Numbered from the stretch's first letter, positions 34,436-47,649 are shown. The stretch is 64,000 nt of DNA from Piedraia hortae CBS 480.64 (GCA_010093745.1 MU005980.1:87440-151439), one strand, 5' to 3'. Program-made: numbers and translations. The notes: generated from the sequence alone by a model not told the origin.

Positions 34436-36784
34436 ATGGTATACCAGGGTGCGACAAGGTCTCAGCCCTACAGATCACCAACGGGCGTTCTTCCACTTCT
34501 GGCGCGCGCAGAGAGGGCGCATGATGATTCTCAGAGTTGTGTTAAAGATGAACAACAAATTCTTGATCATACCATGTCCGAGAACGAATATGCAACCGTG
34601 GCGGCATGTTTACTCTTGGCGAGTCCCTCGGTACTCTTATCATAGCACTTGAGAAGAAGGTGAATTTAAGGTTGGACGCGTATCATGCCCTGGCAGTGAG
34701 TATACTATGCACCGAACCAACACCCCTGCCAAGTGCGCGGGATGACCACCATCGCCACTACCGTCGAGCGCCACCGTCAAACGTCGCTGCAAACCCCAGT
34801 TCGACGCGTGGCGCACGTTGGAGCAATCTCACAAACAGGCAGCTCCTCTTATTGCGGTTTCAAAGACATCTGCATTCCGGCGTCCAGTAAAGGTCGAAGA
34901 ATTTGAGAAGCCTCAAGTCCCCCCAACGGCCCCCAAAATATGCTGTGCAATCTGAATACATCGAAAATCTAGCCGCCTTTGCCACCGCTACTGCTTGCTG
35001 TCGAAAAGCACGTTTTTCGCTTACTGATCGCGATTGGGCTCCCGTAGGTGAACAAATGATTGGGGAAAAACCCTGGTTCAGCCCTATGCATTCCTCTGTC
35101 AGCTCAGCTACTGTAAATAACTTCCCCCCTCCCAAATACTTGTTTCTGTACACCGCTCTCCACTGTAAAATTGGGAAGTTCCTCCGAATGTGCCCTTTCG
35201 TTGAGTGATCCATCTTGCCAAGAGGTTTGGCTGACTATGTTGTCCACGAGGGTGCTTCTCAGTGGTACGAAATGCGTACTACCTCACAAACTTTGCTAAT
35301 TCTTGCAGATACCAAAGAGCCAGAATGAGCGAATTCTGAAGCTCGTTCAAGAAGCTTACAATTGTCTGGGCTTACGACTGTCTGAGTGGTTTTGGCAGTC
35401 CCATTTTCTCTCAGAGGGCTCGACCCCTTCTTGAACCCGAGCACGTTGTCTCCGGAGCTTCCCTTGCCCCTCTTCCAAAGTCGAGCCTCATCCATCCATC
35501 CCCTCCACATGTTCACCTGTGCAAGCTACACTCTGCTGCGGCAACACCTATAGGCCAAATGCCTAGGAGCTCAAGAGGTAGACATTTGTCCAACAAGCTT
35601 AAATGGCACGATCGAATTTTGAAGCTCGTTCAATGAGTTTACGATTTGCCGAGCGATTTAGTCAGACAGACTCGCAGGCTCAGTCTCTCCCAAAGGAGGA
35701 GTACCTTGACTCCGGGTCTTTCTCTGCCTCTCCGCAGAGGAGTCTAGTTCACCACGTCCCTCTGCATCTTCACTCGTGCGAGCTCTCCCTTTAGTGACCC
35801 CAATCATAGTCCAGGTACTTGGGAATCCAATGAGCTCGTCTTCATATCGCCTGCCCCTTGCAATTTCCTCGAGCGCAGCAACCTATCTGGTCACGTCTGT
35901 GCATACCGAGACACAGTACCGTGCCAGCAACTTCTTGATCCCGCCTCCCTCTCTGAACGTAGTATCTTAACTCACATTTCTACTACTAGCCACTGGTGGG
36001 TCGTTGCTTCCCACCGCGGGCTCTGAAAAGTGAGCGTTGTGATACAATGTCTCCGTCCCCTTTCTCCTATTCTAACCATTCATCTGCCCATCCCTCTTCG
36101 TGAAGAGACGTAATTTGTTGTCTGTGCATACGACGCGGGAGTATTGCTCGAAGCCTCTTGTTCTTCATCCATCACTCACAACATTTCAAATAGTTCCCAT
36201 GGTAGTGCTTGGCTCGTTCTTTGTACCCTCTTTCGCTTGTCCGGCCCGTCGGCCACACGGCAAACTTGGGTACTCATCCGGAGCTTTTCTCCAGAGTAGC
36301 GCCTGAAGAGCACTATGGCTGATGGGTCTTCCTTCAGGTGAGTAGGCCTTAGTTCTGTCAGAGTTCTAGCTCTTGGGTGTATCTGTTAGTTAAAGTTGCT
36401 CTTCCTAAGGTACCCCTCCCTTGAGACGATGTCACGCTGAGAGGTAATGCTAGCCTGCAAGGCGGCTAGGACGAGAGGTTGTTTGGACGCGCAGAGTCTT
36501 GACTAGCGATGATGTCCACCACTTCATCGACTCCATTTATGCAGAGCGTTTCAGACTGCTTCAAGCATGATCTTTTTGTGCCATGACATGCATTATGTCT
36601 GCCCCATCGCAGATGCACTGGATGACAAAATTGTTTTTTGTTCAGCCTAGCATGGGAGGAGACTGGTGAGGCCAATGAATCAGCCAGCCGATCAAGCCAC
36701 ATCGCCGGTTTCTATCCTCCTATTGGACGCAACCAACATGTTCGATTCAAGCATCGCCGCTAGCGCGTATGCAGGGCACTTGCA

Positions 36785-37412
36785 TAGCAAGTCAGCGATA
36801 CCTCCTACACTACCAGCTGCACCCTAGGTTTTTGCCTCACAGAGGTTTTCCCTCAGGGTCATGTCATATGTGACATGGTGAATACGCCCCGCTAGTGTAC
36901 GACGTGACGTCACCGGCCCACCGGAACAGAATTTTCATTCTGAACGTCCCCTTATTGAAAATAGTCATTCACACTACCATGCTGCAACTGGTATTTTGAC
37001 TTACACACATCTACATCTTTCCTGTCCCTGTTTCCGTCTATCGCTCCGCCCTCTTCGGGTCGCTGTGCACTCTCACCCACGAGAGCTAAATACCTACATA
37101 TAGCAAGTCTGCGATACCTCCTACACTACCAGCTGCACCCTAGGTTTTCCCCTCACAGAGGTTTTCCCTCAGGGTCATGTCAAATGTAACATGGCGAATG
37201 CGCCCTGCTAGTGTACGACGTAACGTTAACGTCCCACAGGTATAGAATGTCCATTCTGACGTCCCATCGTAGAAATACATAGTTACTTACACTGTCACGT
37301 CGACACTGGTATTGACTTCTGCCCACCTGCATCTTTCTTGCCCCTGCCGTTGATCTCCGTCTATCCCTACGTCCTCCCGGTTCGGGCCGCTGCACACTCC
37401 CATCCACTAGAG
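36785..37412 (+). repeat. Tandem pair of ~315-bp LTR-like units
   Basis: Units start at 36785 and 37101 (TAGCAAGTC.GCGATACCTCCTACACTACCAGCTGCACCCTAGG...). They share blocks with family A LTRs. A third partial inverted copy lies at 51523-51620. Confidence 0.7.
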
Positions 37413-38269
37413 TTCTATCGCCGGCCCGTCGACCAGATCCACTTCGAATGTCACTCGGAAGATCTCAGCACAGGGCTCGATGGCCTGGCGCGTTCACCAT
37501 GTCCCTGACGACAAAATTTCAATGTTAGTCAGGAGTCGGTCCCAAATAGGGTGAGAGCGACCGGTAACCTCGCCTCCTCTAAGGTCTTGGTAGCAAAAAC
37601 AACATTGTCTTTCTTGACACCTCCCACTCCTATATTCACTAAAAACTCTGTGAAGAGGATACCTTGGGTGCAGCTTTGGTACTAAGAGGTCGTTGACGTG
37701 CTATGCACGAGCGGTAGATACGCGCTGGCGCTGTTTTCGGCGTGGACGTTTATATTTGCATGGGATGGGGGATCCCGGGCTCACAAACTGATGGGCCTTG
37801 AGAAAGAAGAATGGCTGGTGGCAACGTGTTGCTCTCGCTATGATTGCCCGCTAAGTGTCTGTGAAGGCGTCAAACAGTCTGCGTCAGCCCGGCCCATCTG
37901 GAAGACATGTGGCCCCTCCGATCAGCCCTTCTTCCAAGCTGGTGCTTGATCATGTAGCTACGACTGTCCCACACTGCCCACGAGATAGACTGTGATGATG
38001 GTTTTGGGATCACCTATCGGCCCCAGCGGATCCCCAAACCAATCCCACGCCCACCCTGACTCTAGGGACTAACCCATCAAACAGCCTTGCATCAGCGTCT
38101 CTGCTCACTCTTAGACAAAGAACCCCACGATTGTATTCACAAAGCTTTGTCTCCCACCACAAACGTCACCGGAAAGCACACCACCCTGCCCATCCACGTT
38201 TCAACCTCGCCTCCCCTCAAACATGTCCGTCCCAAGCGAATACAAACCCTAAGCCGGTCCCCTTCTCTA

Positions 38270-38896
38270 CCGTTGCGCCCACTGCTCCGTCTCCTGCCGA
38301 AATTTTCAATTATGCACCGGCTGCTGCGCAGCACGATACTGCAACGCGTCCCACAAACGCGCCGGGCCGCTCTCACCACAAACGACACTGCGAAAGCGTG
38401 CACAAAGCGTGAGCAAAACTCAGCCGCGTCACTAACAAACTCCTCAAATCCGACCAAAACGTCTTCACCGAATATGCGGGAGGTTCTCGCGTGTGCTTAG
38501 AACTAGGGACTACGTCGATGCAAGGTTTGATTTGGTTTATATGAATCTCGCGAGGGCTCCGGTGCTGATGATATGGGTTTATGAGGATCAGGAGGCGTTT
38601 GAGTTTATAAAGTGGGTTGAGTTGGGGACTGAGGAGAGGGCGCCGGAGAGTGTGCGTGAAGACTTTTTTGGACTGTTGGATTGGCTTGCGCCAGGGTCTG
38701 CTATGCTGCCTATTTCTTCCGCTGCGCTAGTGTTGTTGGTGTTGGTGTTGGTGTTGGTGGATATGCGATGGGGGTGTTTGGGGTGAATCGCATGCTGGCG
38801 CCGGAGGTGTTTGAGGGGATTGAGAGGGAGATGGTGCGTAGTCCCCTGTGTGGGAAATTGTGGAAGAAGTTGAAGGAGTTGGTGGAGTCATGGTAG
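38270..38896 (+). pseudogene. MYND-type zinc-finger protein pseudogene
   Basis: Across frameshifts: CAHC...CTGCCAARYCNASH...HHKRHC, then TRDYVDARF and DQEAFEFIKW, resembling the fungal MYND family with TRDYMRARF and DQECYDFIKW. Confidence 0.6.
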
Positions 38897-40792
38897 TTGA
38901 TGGTCCATCGTGTCTGTAAGGCTGCGGAAGAGTCGAATTGACAGAATAAGCACCTTTGGCGTACGCTCCTCGATCCGCACGAGGTAATTGCGTTTCCGAA
39001 AATGTGCGGTGACCCAGGTGGCGTTGAGGCCGAAGTGACGGCTCAGATTGCTTCTGCGACTTGATGATCGACTGTTGGGGTGTTGCACCTTTTATACGCA
39101 GTGTGCGCTGAAGCTGGAAAGGCGGGCAACTTTCAAAAGTCTCCTACCGGGGAAGAAGCGGTGAAGCGATGGATGAAACATCTCGACGTTGCCGTTGAGA
39201 AGGCGTCTTCGCTGCCTAAACGTGCTACGAAGTAACGGCAATTCTGTTGACTAGTTGGCAATGCGGCATCGCTTCAAAGTTGTAAGTTTTTAAAATGTAT
39301 ATAGTTGCAGTCAACAACATAGACGCTAGACGCTAATGTAGGATTCTCGAGATGCACCCTTTGCACCTTGTTCACATCCTTCGGATAGCTTAGATCTTTT
39401 CGAAACATCTTATACGATGGCCGGGGCGGTAGCATCCTGCTTCAGCCTTTTCTGCAATGTAACTACTGCGTAATAACAGTTGCTTGATATGGTCAGTTGT
39501 TGTTAGGGTGCGTAGGAACATTGTTGCAATGAGAGAGGACTCGACTATGCGTCATTATGCATCCTCGGGCCGGGAACAAAATTTCTCAGGCACCAGCCAT
39601 GACAGTCGTGGCCAAGTCTCCCTTCAGGTTCGCTGGGCTGTTGTACGGAGGAGTGGGAACAGAATAGCAATTTTGCGACTTCGAGATAAGCCAAGGTGCC
39701 GATCAGCTTCCCAGTAAATCTGCGAGGTCACACATGTAGATGTGATTCCAATCCATTTGGTGATGCGTCGTGGATGAATGGAATGACGCGATTCTTATCT
39801 ATCCCCCGACGCCGTCAGACTGGACTACCAATAGCCATCGAAATTGTGACTTGAGCCCACCAATGAAACACATACTGCCCAAGCCTACGTCACCAAGGGC
39901 TTACATGTCGCTAAAGTTCAATCTCCCACCAAATCCCCTTCGGTTTGCCGCCTAGATTTGGCAACCTCTGGAGCAAAATGGCCTGGGTGTCCTCATCATC
40001 CCAAACATTGTCATGGTTGGAGCAAGATGTCGACAGAATACAGCGCGCGGGTGATCGGATGACAACACTCTCCATCTAGTTGATAAGCTCCGCTACAATG
40101 CATCTATTCCACACCTGCAACAGAGACCTCTTAATATCTGTCCTTTGACCGCGGTGCAATATCGCAAAACAAATTAGAGCCGATACGGCATTTATCGACC
40201 TGCACAAATGCGTGCACTGCGCGTTGCTGTTTTTTGTACGTGACGATTATTGCTATCCCGTGGCCCTGACGAAGGAGGGGAGGTGGAGCTTGGGAATGGG
40301 CGGAGAAATTTGGAATGAGATCTTGGAAATGCTAGAGGAAGATGACAATCATTTCGTATAGTGGCATTGATTGCTGTTGGTCGTCAGACCTTGCGTAACG
40401 ATAGCGATTCTTACGTTCACTGTGTTGTTGAGAAGTTGGAGTGTAAAATAGATAATGATAGCTTGTGGGAAGTCTTCAGAATGTCAACAGTGATTTCACG
40501 ATTGTTTCTCTTGCAACACAGGGAAAACTCATCCTTGCCTTGTCTATAGACATATTGGTCGGATGTAATCTGTCTCACTTGCAGAAGCCACCTAACTCAC
40601 TACAAGAGTATCAATCTTTTCTCAACAAACTCAAAATGAAAGAGTTGTTCAGAACAAAGGAAATGAAAGGTAAAACAGCGAAAACGCTACAGAGTCATTA
40701 ATTCCATTCTTGCGCCATCCTTACACCATTTCTCCCATGAACGCCAGATCGAGCCCGCGGGCAAACTTGGCCTTGCCTATGCACGAAAGCAC

Positions 40793-42955
40793 TCAGAGAA
40801 CACTACTCCCCAGACATTCGCCAATCTCCTGGGAGAAATCATCAAACGACTCCCCCTCGCGCATGACTTCCACGTTATCCTCTTCCGCGAAGCGTCCGTC
40901 CTGCGTGAAACCTTCATCCTGAGCATAACCTCCGTCCTGAGCCAAACATCCCTCCTCACCCTCTTTGCCAGCCTCCTCACAGCGCGCGAAACGTCTCTCC
41001 CGCGCCTGCGCCCCCCCTTGCCCCTCAAGGACGTCGTAAAGATCGTAGACTATGTCCGACTTCTCGTTTATCACCTGGATCAGTTCCTCCATCCTGGCCT
41101 TGGTGAAGTTCCTCTGGCGCTTGGATAGGGCTGGATCAGCCTTAGCAAAACGGCGTTCCTGAGCCGAGAGCTTAAGCTTCAGGTCTGCGATTTCATCCTC
41201 GAGCTTCGCAAGGACGGAAGCCAACGCTTGGGCAGGCGGTTGAGATGGACGGACAGTCGCGGTTGTGATGTCTGGGTCAAGCTCACGTTGAGAAGCTGGG
41301 ACGGGGAGGGAGAGCGAAAGGGGAATGGTGGTGTGGCGGCGCGAATCGGTGGTGGTAGGATCCGCTGTTTGGACCCCCTCAGCTCGCTGTTCAAAGTGTT
41401 GCTGACGCTGATCCCCCTCTCCAGAGGGCTGCTGAGCGGATGCCTGTTCCCGTTGCAATCTACGACTGGTATTGCTGTGGTTGGTCAGGTCCTCTTCAAC
41501 GGCACCAGAAGCGGCCTGCTGGTTGCCACGGTCCACAACACGCTCCACCTCAAGCTTCTTGCGCAGACCAGTGACGCGCGGCTGACCAAGAGTGCTGACA
41601 TAAGTCAAATCGCGCGTATTGTCCTCTTTGGGGATGACGGCGGGGAGAGAATTGGCCCTGCCCTGTTTCGGAGGATATGGGGGCCCAGGAAGTTCCATGT
41701 CCAAGAGGGTTGTCACCTTCTTCGGCTTTGGCTGCTCCTGGGTAACGGTGGGTTCCTTGAACTGCTTGAAATTCCTCTCGCGGAGTTTCTGCACCTGACG
41801 GGCGACTTTGACGGCGGCGTCAGGTTGCTTGTTCAACAGTCCCTCAAGATGGCTAAGACGGGCTTTGAGAGAGTCCACTTCCTGAAGCAGACCCTGATTC
41901 TCGGCGCGGACGTCCTCAAAGTCCTCGCGAATGGCTTCGTTCTCCGCCTTGAGCTCTTCAAAGTTGTAATAGGCGTTGTTGACTTGGGCAATCAGTTCGT
42001 CACGCTCCTGCTCTACCTTCTTCATAGCGCTTTCATGGGCGCCGAATTTGCGCTGGGCGCGATCCTGCTGACCTTGGAGGACATTGATGGCGGCCTCCAA
42101 GATACGCTTATCATTGGCGCCGTCGTCGGTCATACGCGTCAGAGTCTCTGGCGCAATCTCCTGCAGGCGTGCACGAAGCGTCGTGATTTCGGCTTCATAC
42201 TCTGCAGCACGCTTAGTGGTAATGGTGCGCTCGCGTTCCAGAGCAGCCACCTTGTCCTGTAGCAGCTGGAGAGAGTTTAAAATCGCCTTTTCGTCCTTGG
42301 GAACGGGGATCTGGTTGATGTTGGTATGATCGGCGCGCCCTTTGCCATTGCTTGTGAATCTGGAGCGAGACGGTCTAGTACGTTCCACGGCCGGCGTGGG
42401 AGCCTTCTTGCCTCCGGACACGAGCTCTGTGATGTTGGCCATATCAGGCAGCAGGAAAGAATTGCCAGTGTGAGTGGCCGAGGTGACACGATTAGTCGTA
42501 GCCTGCGGACGACGCGTAAAGCGCGTGTTGCGTCCGGCGGCAGTCGCAGTCGCATCCTCTTCCTCGAGACGGGCGACATTGTCCGAGACTACGCGGCGTT
42601 TGAGCTTCGAGGACGCATTACGGGCAGCAGCCTCACGTCTGGTCATGGCATCTGTGACACGGGTCATTTGACGAGGGCGTCCAGGGGGTGTACAGGTAAT
42701 GCTGTAGCGGCTATCGTTGTCCAGGTTGATTTGGTAGTTCGAAGACGAGTCGCGGTGTGGGCGACCACCACGGCCTTGTTCAAACGACAAGTCCTCGCTG
42801 CCGTTGGTCAGCTCCACCTGCGGACGGCCGTGCCTGTTAGACGCCTCGTTGAAGGTGGAGTCGACGATGTCGTCGTTGCTAACGCTGAAGCTCTCGGCCG
42901 TTTCATAATTGTCCATGGTGGAGAACTGTGTGGATTGGTGGTGCGAGGCCGCCAT
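40793..42955 (-). CDS. Spindle pole body coiled-coil protein (Ppc89/Cep57-like)
   Basis: SFLLPDMANITELVSG; central coiled coil; C-terminal ATVRPSQPP..ALA.VL..LEDE...DPALSKRQR. Start ATG uncertain (42955 or 42916). Confidence 0.7.
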   Translation of the reverse strand: MAASHHQSTQFSTMDNYETAESFSVSNDDIVDSTFNEASNRHGRPQVELTNGSEDLSFEQGRGGRPHRDSSSNYQINLDNDSRYSITCTPPGRPRQMTRVTDAMTRREAAARNASSKLKRRVVSDNVARLEEEDATATAAGRNTRFTRRPQATTNRVTSATHTGNSFLLPDMANITELVSGGKKAPTPAVERTRPSRSRFTSNGKGRADHTNINQIPVPKDEKAILNSLQLLQDKVAALERERTITTKRAAEYEAEITTLRARLQEIAPETLTRMTDDGANDKRILEAAINVLQGQQDRAQRKFGAHESAMKKVEQERDELIAQVNNAYYNFEELKAENEAIREDFEDVRAENQGLLQEVDSLKARLSHLEGLLNKQPDAAVKVARQVQKLRERNFKQFKEPTVTQEQPKPKKVTTLLDMELPGPPYPPKQGRANSLPAVIPKEDNTRDLTYVSTLGQPRVTGLRKKLEVERVVDRGNQQAASGAVEEDLTNHSNTSRRLQREQASAQQPSGEGDQRQQHFEQRAEGVQTADPTTTDSRRHTTIPLSLSLPVPASQRELDPDITTATVRPSQPPAQALASVLAKLEDEIADLKLKLSAQERRFAKADPALSKRQRNFTKARMEELIQVINEKSDIVYDLYDVLEGQGGAQARERRFARCEEAGKEGEEGCLAQDGGYAQDEGFTQDGRFAEEDNVEVMREGESFDDFSQEIGECLGSSVL

Positions 42956-43222
42956 GCAATGTTGAAGATTGTATTCCAAAAGCTATGCAAGTCAAAAAGA
43001 AATGGCAACCCAGGTCGTTCTCACAAGTTCAGTTCGCGTTCGCGTCGTAAATAAAAGTAAACAATGGCAACCGCTAGCGTTGCATTAGCGTGTGAGTGAC
43101 GTAACTTTACTTTGACACCTTGAAATGTGTGATTTGGCGGCTTGGCTCGGCGCACGATTATTGGACTTGGCACACCCAGACTTGGCACACTAGTCAAATT
43201 ACTGTAGTGATACAAAGCGTCT

Positions 43223-44597
43223 CTACATGATAACTTCATTCATGACATCCCGTTTGAGCTCTTTGTATGGGAGACACACGCAGTTTTGTACGCGAACCTC
43301 GTCTCCCACCACGCATTCCTTGCCGAGAATGGTGATACTCTGAACCTTCATTCCGTTCTTAACGACGCTCGTCGTGTGTTCGCGTGCCGGAGTTGGCGTT
43401 CCCTCTACACGCGCCCACGCCCCAACCCGACTACCCCATCCTACAATGGCGTAGAGGATACAGGCGTCGTGTCTGATATCAGCGTCTTCCAAGATAATTG
43501 CCTCTTTTATCCGCACACCAGCGCCAATCTGAGCCCTCGGTCCAACGCTGACATTTGGACCAAGCTTGGCCGTGGGATCGACTTTGGCCGTCGGGTGGAT
43601 GAAGACGGGCGGCAGAATGTTGGCAGAGGGTTTGGCGAGATCGTCGGGCTGCGTCTGGAACGTCTTCATGAGGTAGAGCGCATTTGCTGGGACAGCCGAG
43701 CCCGCTGTCTTGATCTGACGCCAAAAGTCTTTGGTTTCCAAGACGAAAAACTTGCAGGTATCGGCAAGATCTGACAGAACATCCTGCTCCAGACGGATAA
43801 CTTCAGTCTTCTCGCCGTCGTCGTCCACCGGCCGCTGGATGTGTGCACTGTCGAGGGCTTCCGAGGACGGGTAGCTAACCAACCGGGGACGGTCGGCACG
43901 CCTCTTCATGGCGCTTTTGATGCTGGGGAAGATTGCCTGGGTAGAAAACAGATAGACGCCGCAATTGATCAGATCGCTGATATAAGACTCGGGCTTCTCG
44001 ACATAATGTAGCACCCGGGCGCTCTCCGGGTCACTGACAATGCATCCAAAGTTGGTGGCAGCCTCCTTGGGCACTCGTGTACCCAGAATGACAGCCTCGG
44101 CGCCCTTCTTCTCAAAGAGCTCCAGCATCTGGCGCAGGGGAAAGGAGCAGCAGACATCGGCATTCAATACAAAGAAGCGTTCTGGCTGGCCCTTGAGAAT
44201 GGCATCGCGGAAGTGATACAAGCCACCGGCCGTGCCTAGCGCCTGGTACTCACGCAGGTAGCGCACTGTCTTGATATCCGGGTACAGACGGGCGCAGTCT
44301 TTGATGAAGTCACGAAAGACTGATTCGTCGTAGTAACCGACGATGAACACCTCGGTAATCTCGGGCACCTTGGAGATGGCAGCAAAACAGTGGGAGATGA
44401 TTGCGTGGCCGGCGACTTCAAACAGTGGCTAAGCTGTCAGTTATGCCGCGTACATCACTTGACAGGTTTACCTTGGGTAGGTCGAGCGACAACGGCCTGA
44501 ACCGTGTGCCACGGCTGGGGCCGCCGACCAGCACAACGGCCTTTGTGCCGGGCGAGGAGCTGGATTTGGGGCGCAAGGGCACCTGAAGCGAGGTCAT
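43223..44597 (-). CDS. Mannose-1-phosphate guanyltransferase alpha-type (GMPPA-like)
   Basis: KAVVLVGGPSRGTRFRPLSLDLPK, intron 44429-44471, PLFEVAG; GTAGGLYHFRD; NADVCCSFPL; left-handed beta-helix C-terminus. Confidence 0.93.
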
Positions 44598-45486
44598 GGT
44601 TGGTGGTGGTGGCGGTTGAAGGAAATCCCCCGCTCCAGCTTTCGTCCTAACCCTAGCCGGCAGCCGACAACATTTCTCAGTCCCCACTCGAGGCCAGGTG
44701 TCAGCTGAAATCTTACAAACCGAACAAGAGACAAGCTGTACCTACCACTTTCGCCTTCATGATAGCTAGAAACTCCAAGTATGTACTCACCTAACACCCA
44801 TTTCTGACATTGCCCTCAAAAGAAGATTGATTCCAAGGCAGACTCATCCCAATTTCAGCATGAAAGAAGAGTAGAATCAGTCCTCGGAAAGACAAGTGCG
44901 CATACACATGTCTTTCTCACCAGAGCAAAAATCTTGAAGATATCTTGCGATTTATCACAGTCGCGGGCGGTGATCTGACGCATCGGCCTCGTGTGAGACT
45001 ACGATGTTTTATTAGAGCGAGATCATTCGACGAATCCTGACCCGGACTAAGAATGCTTCCTATTGGTTTCGATTGACGTTGTGCATCAATACTATCACAG
45101 TCAACTAGTAGCTCACATGTGCTCTCGCAAAGAACACCGTTGCACAAACTCACCACTTGACTGAGAAACCCCCCTAAGAGCAACTAAAATACCCTCCAAG
45201 CCAATCAAGTTGTCCCCATCAGGACCGAAAAGCTTAAACTTGCGAGAGCCATCCACACAACAGTATAACCTCCAAAATGCTACTCCGAAAGACCCAAGCA
45301 CCACCAAACACGAAACGATGCACGCACCTGTTCTCTTCACCACCCTGCTCCTTATGTTTCTCATTGCTGCGTTGCTTGCTAGGACGGTTCTTTCTGTGAC
45401 ACTTCTTGCCGGGATAATTCCTGTTGAGACAATTCCTGTTGAACCGATTCCTATTGAGACAATCACTCTTGAGACACTCCCTGCTC

Positions 45487-46001
45487 CTACAATCCCAATA
45501 CCCAATCCCTCACTTCCGGCTCCCACCTACCAATATCCGCATACAGTCCCGCGAGGCGCAGCTCGTCCCTGATTCCCCCAACACCACCTCCACCCGCCCA
45601 CCCAAGAACCATTATTTGACATTTACATCTTACCTCACTTCTGAATGCCCTTGTCGCAACCCACTTCACACGATTACACAGCCTCACATCATTGAGAGCA
45701 TCCACATGCTCTCGTACCGCATTCTTACACCAAGCATCCAGAATAACAAGTAGTCGTATCTGTTTCCGCTTGCCATTTCTTATACTGTCCCTCTTAGTTC
45801 AATCATCAATACATCAAACATTAGTACGTACAGATTCTTCCGAATAAATCGCACGGCTTCAACCGCACGAGGAGCGGGCTCTAAGGTTATATAATCACGA
45901 AGCTTGCTGAACTCGCTGGGGTCGTTTGCTGCAATGTCGGAGTTTAGCATGGATTTGAGATGTGTGGAAACGATGGTGTGAGGTTTCTTCGAGAGGAACA
46001 T
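45487..46001 (-). CDS. Lsb5-like VHS paralog, copy 1 (VHS only; downstream Q-rich tail has multiple stops)
   Basis: Exon 1 MFLSKKPHTIVSTHL...EAVRFIRKNL; intron 45785-45831; exon 2 KQIRLLVILDA...EVRCKCQIMVLGW. TAG at 45487 is followed by a stop-riddled QQE repeat to about 45350. May be a pseudogene. Confidence 0.6.
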
Positions 46002-46527
46002 GATGGGAATGGAGGATGGTGGTTTTGGGAGGTGATTTCATGGACGATGATGGCTAGACTGTCTTTCTGATGTTCGAGTGGGAGTCGACGGAGGTGTATG
46101 ATCTTTGGGGTTTGTCTATCATTATTTGTAGGTATGCTGACGTTGATCGGCATGCGGCCGATCTTGAACTTCAGTCCTGACTTCACCTACTGGTATTTTA
46201 TCTTTTGTTGCAGACGTACTGGTCTTGTGGCCAAGGCAAGTCGCTTAGAACCCTTCCAATGGACGCAGGGAAAGAACAAAACCGCTTCAACTACAGAGGA
46301 AAGGTATACACCAAATGAAACCTACGGACAAAAGACATAAACCGTGGAGATGTACAAATAGTGCGCTTCCTTGGCTTAACAATCAATCTCGATACCGCAT
46401 GTATATAAAAAATACAACACCCCAGCTCCTTATTAAATGCCCTTGTATTGAGTTCAGTTGAATTCTGCAGGATATTCGGCTCTTGAAGGTCGACTAGCAG
46501 GAGAGATCAGTCACTTGACAAGCTTGA

Positions 46528-47579
46528 TTACCGATGCAGAAATATTCGCAACACTGCTTTTAGCCGCGCTAATCTTCGCCGTACCATTCCCTGCTGTGCT
46601 GTTCCTTGTTGTGCTCTGTCCTGTTGGGTTGTTCCTTGTTGAGCAGATCCTGTCTGTGCAGTTCCCTGCAGTGCTGCTCCAGGCTGTGCCATTCCATGTT
46701 GAGTCGTACCCTGCTGAGATGTACTCTGTTGTGCCGTTTCTTGTTGGGCCGCTCCTACATGGGAAGTTTCTGCCTGGGTAATTCCTGTCTGTGCAATTTC
46801 AAGCTGTGTTGCTCTGGGCTGTGCAGTTCCAGTCTGAGCTGTTCTTTGTTTTGTCGCTCCAGTCTGAGCTACCCCGGTCTGTGTTGGTCCAGGCTGTGAT
46901 ACTCCAGCCTGCACTGCTCCAGTCTGTGCCGGTCCAGTCTGTGCCGGTCCAGGCTGTGCCGGTCCAGGCTGTGCCGGTCCAGGCTGTGCTGCTCCAGGTT
47001 GTGTCAGTCCAGGCTGTGCTGGTCCTTGATGTCTCGTTGCTGACTGTGCTGCAATTTGCTGCGGGGACTCTTCCTGCTGCGAAGGCTGTGCTGCTGCATT
47101 TGGATCTACCACCCGCGTCTCGAATGGAAGCATGTTGAACAACTGCGAGAAGCGCCTGAGCTTCACATTATCCTTGTGCACAATCGACCAGCTGAGCATG
47201 ACTTGTTGCAATTTGCGCTTCACATCAGGCTCAGGTCCCACAATCCCTATCCGTAGTAAACGATTCAGCAACTCGGCGTCGACGAACCCGTCCTGCAACT
47301 CGAAATCCACGCTTGACAACAAACTGTCCAGAATAAAAATAGCTCGGATTTTTTGGTGTCTATCACTTTCTTGGCTGATTGAGTTAGGTTAGTCGTACAG
47401 AAACTAATATAGAAGACTTACAGGATTTTGTGGATCTTCCACGCGGCCTCGTTTGCGCCAGTCTGTGGATGTTGCCGAATCTCGTCCACGATGGTACTGA
47501 TCCCAGAGAGGTCCTCTTCTGCATGGTATGGCTTTACCAAAATGTCGATCTGGCCGGTAACAGGCTTAAACCAGGGCAT
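46528..47579 (-). CDS. Lsb5-like VHS paralog, copy 2 (long Q/G pentapeptide tail)
   Basis: Exon 1 MPWFKPVTGQIDIL...EEDLSGISTIVDEIRQHPQTGANEAAWKIHKIL; intron 47375-47421; exon 2 open to TAA. Confidence 0.75.
46590..47030 (-). repeat. 15-bp coding minisatellite (AQPGP/AQTGx/xQQGT pentapeptides)
   Basis: Near-perfect + strand units GGTCCAG(G/T)CTGTGCC around 46915-47020, decaying on both sides. Confidence 0.85.
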
Positions 47580-47649
47580 GATGTAATGTTAGATGTTTTG
47601 TGATGTCTGTGGAGAATCAAAACACTCATTATATTGTCAGGGGGGGTGG

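Noticed and set aside
39700..40460. Coding-like degenerate stretch
   Set aside because: Multiple stops and no identifiable family.
41228..43054. Long plus-strand ORFs (344 and 242 aa)
   Set aside because: Antisense shadows of the coiled-coil gene with no recognisable motifs. The same applies to 62913-63788, 28183-28941 and 25949-26638.
46850..47030. Regular short repeats as a CRISPR array
   Set aside because: Contiguous 15-bp units with no unique spacers, inside a eukaryotic exon; a coding minisatellite.
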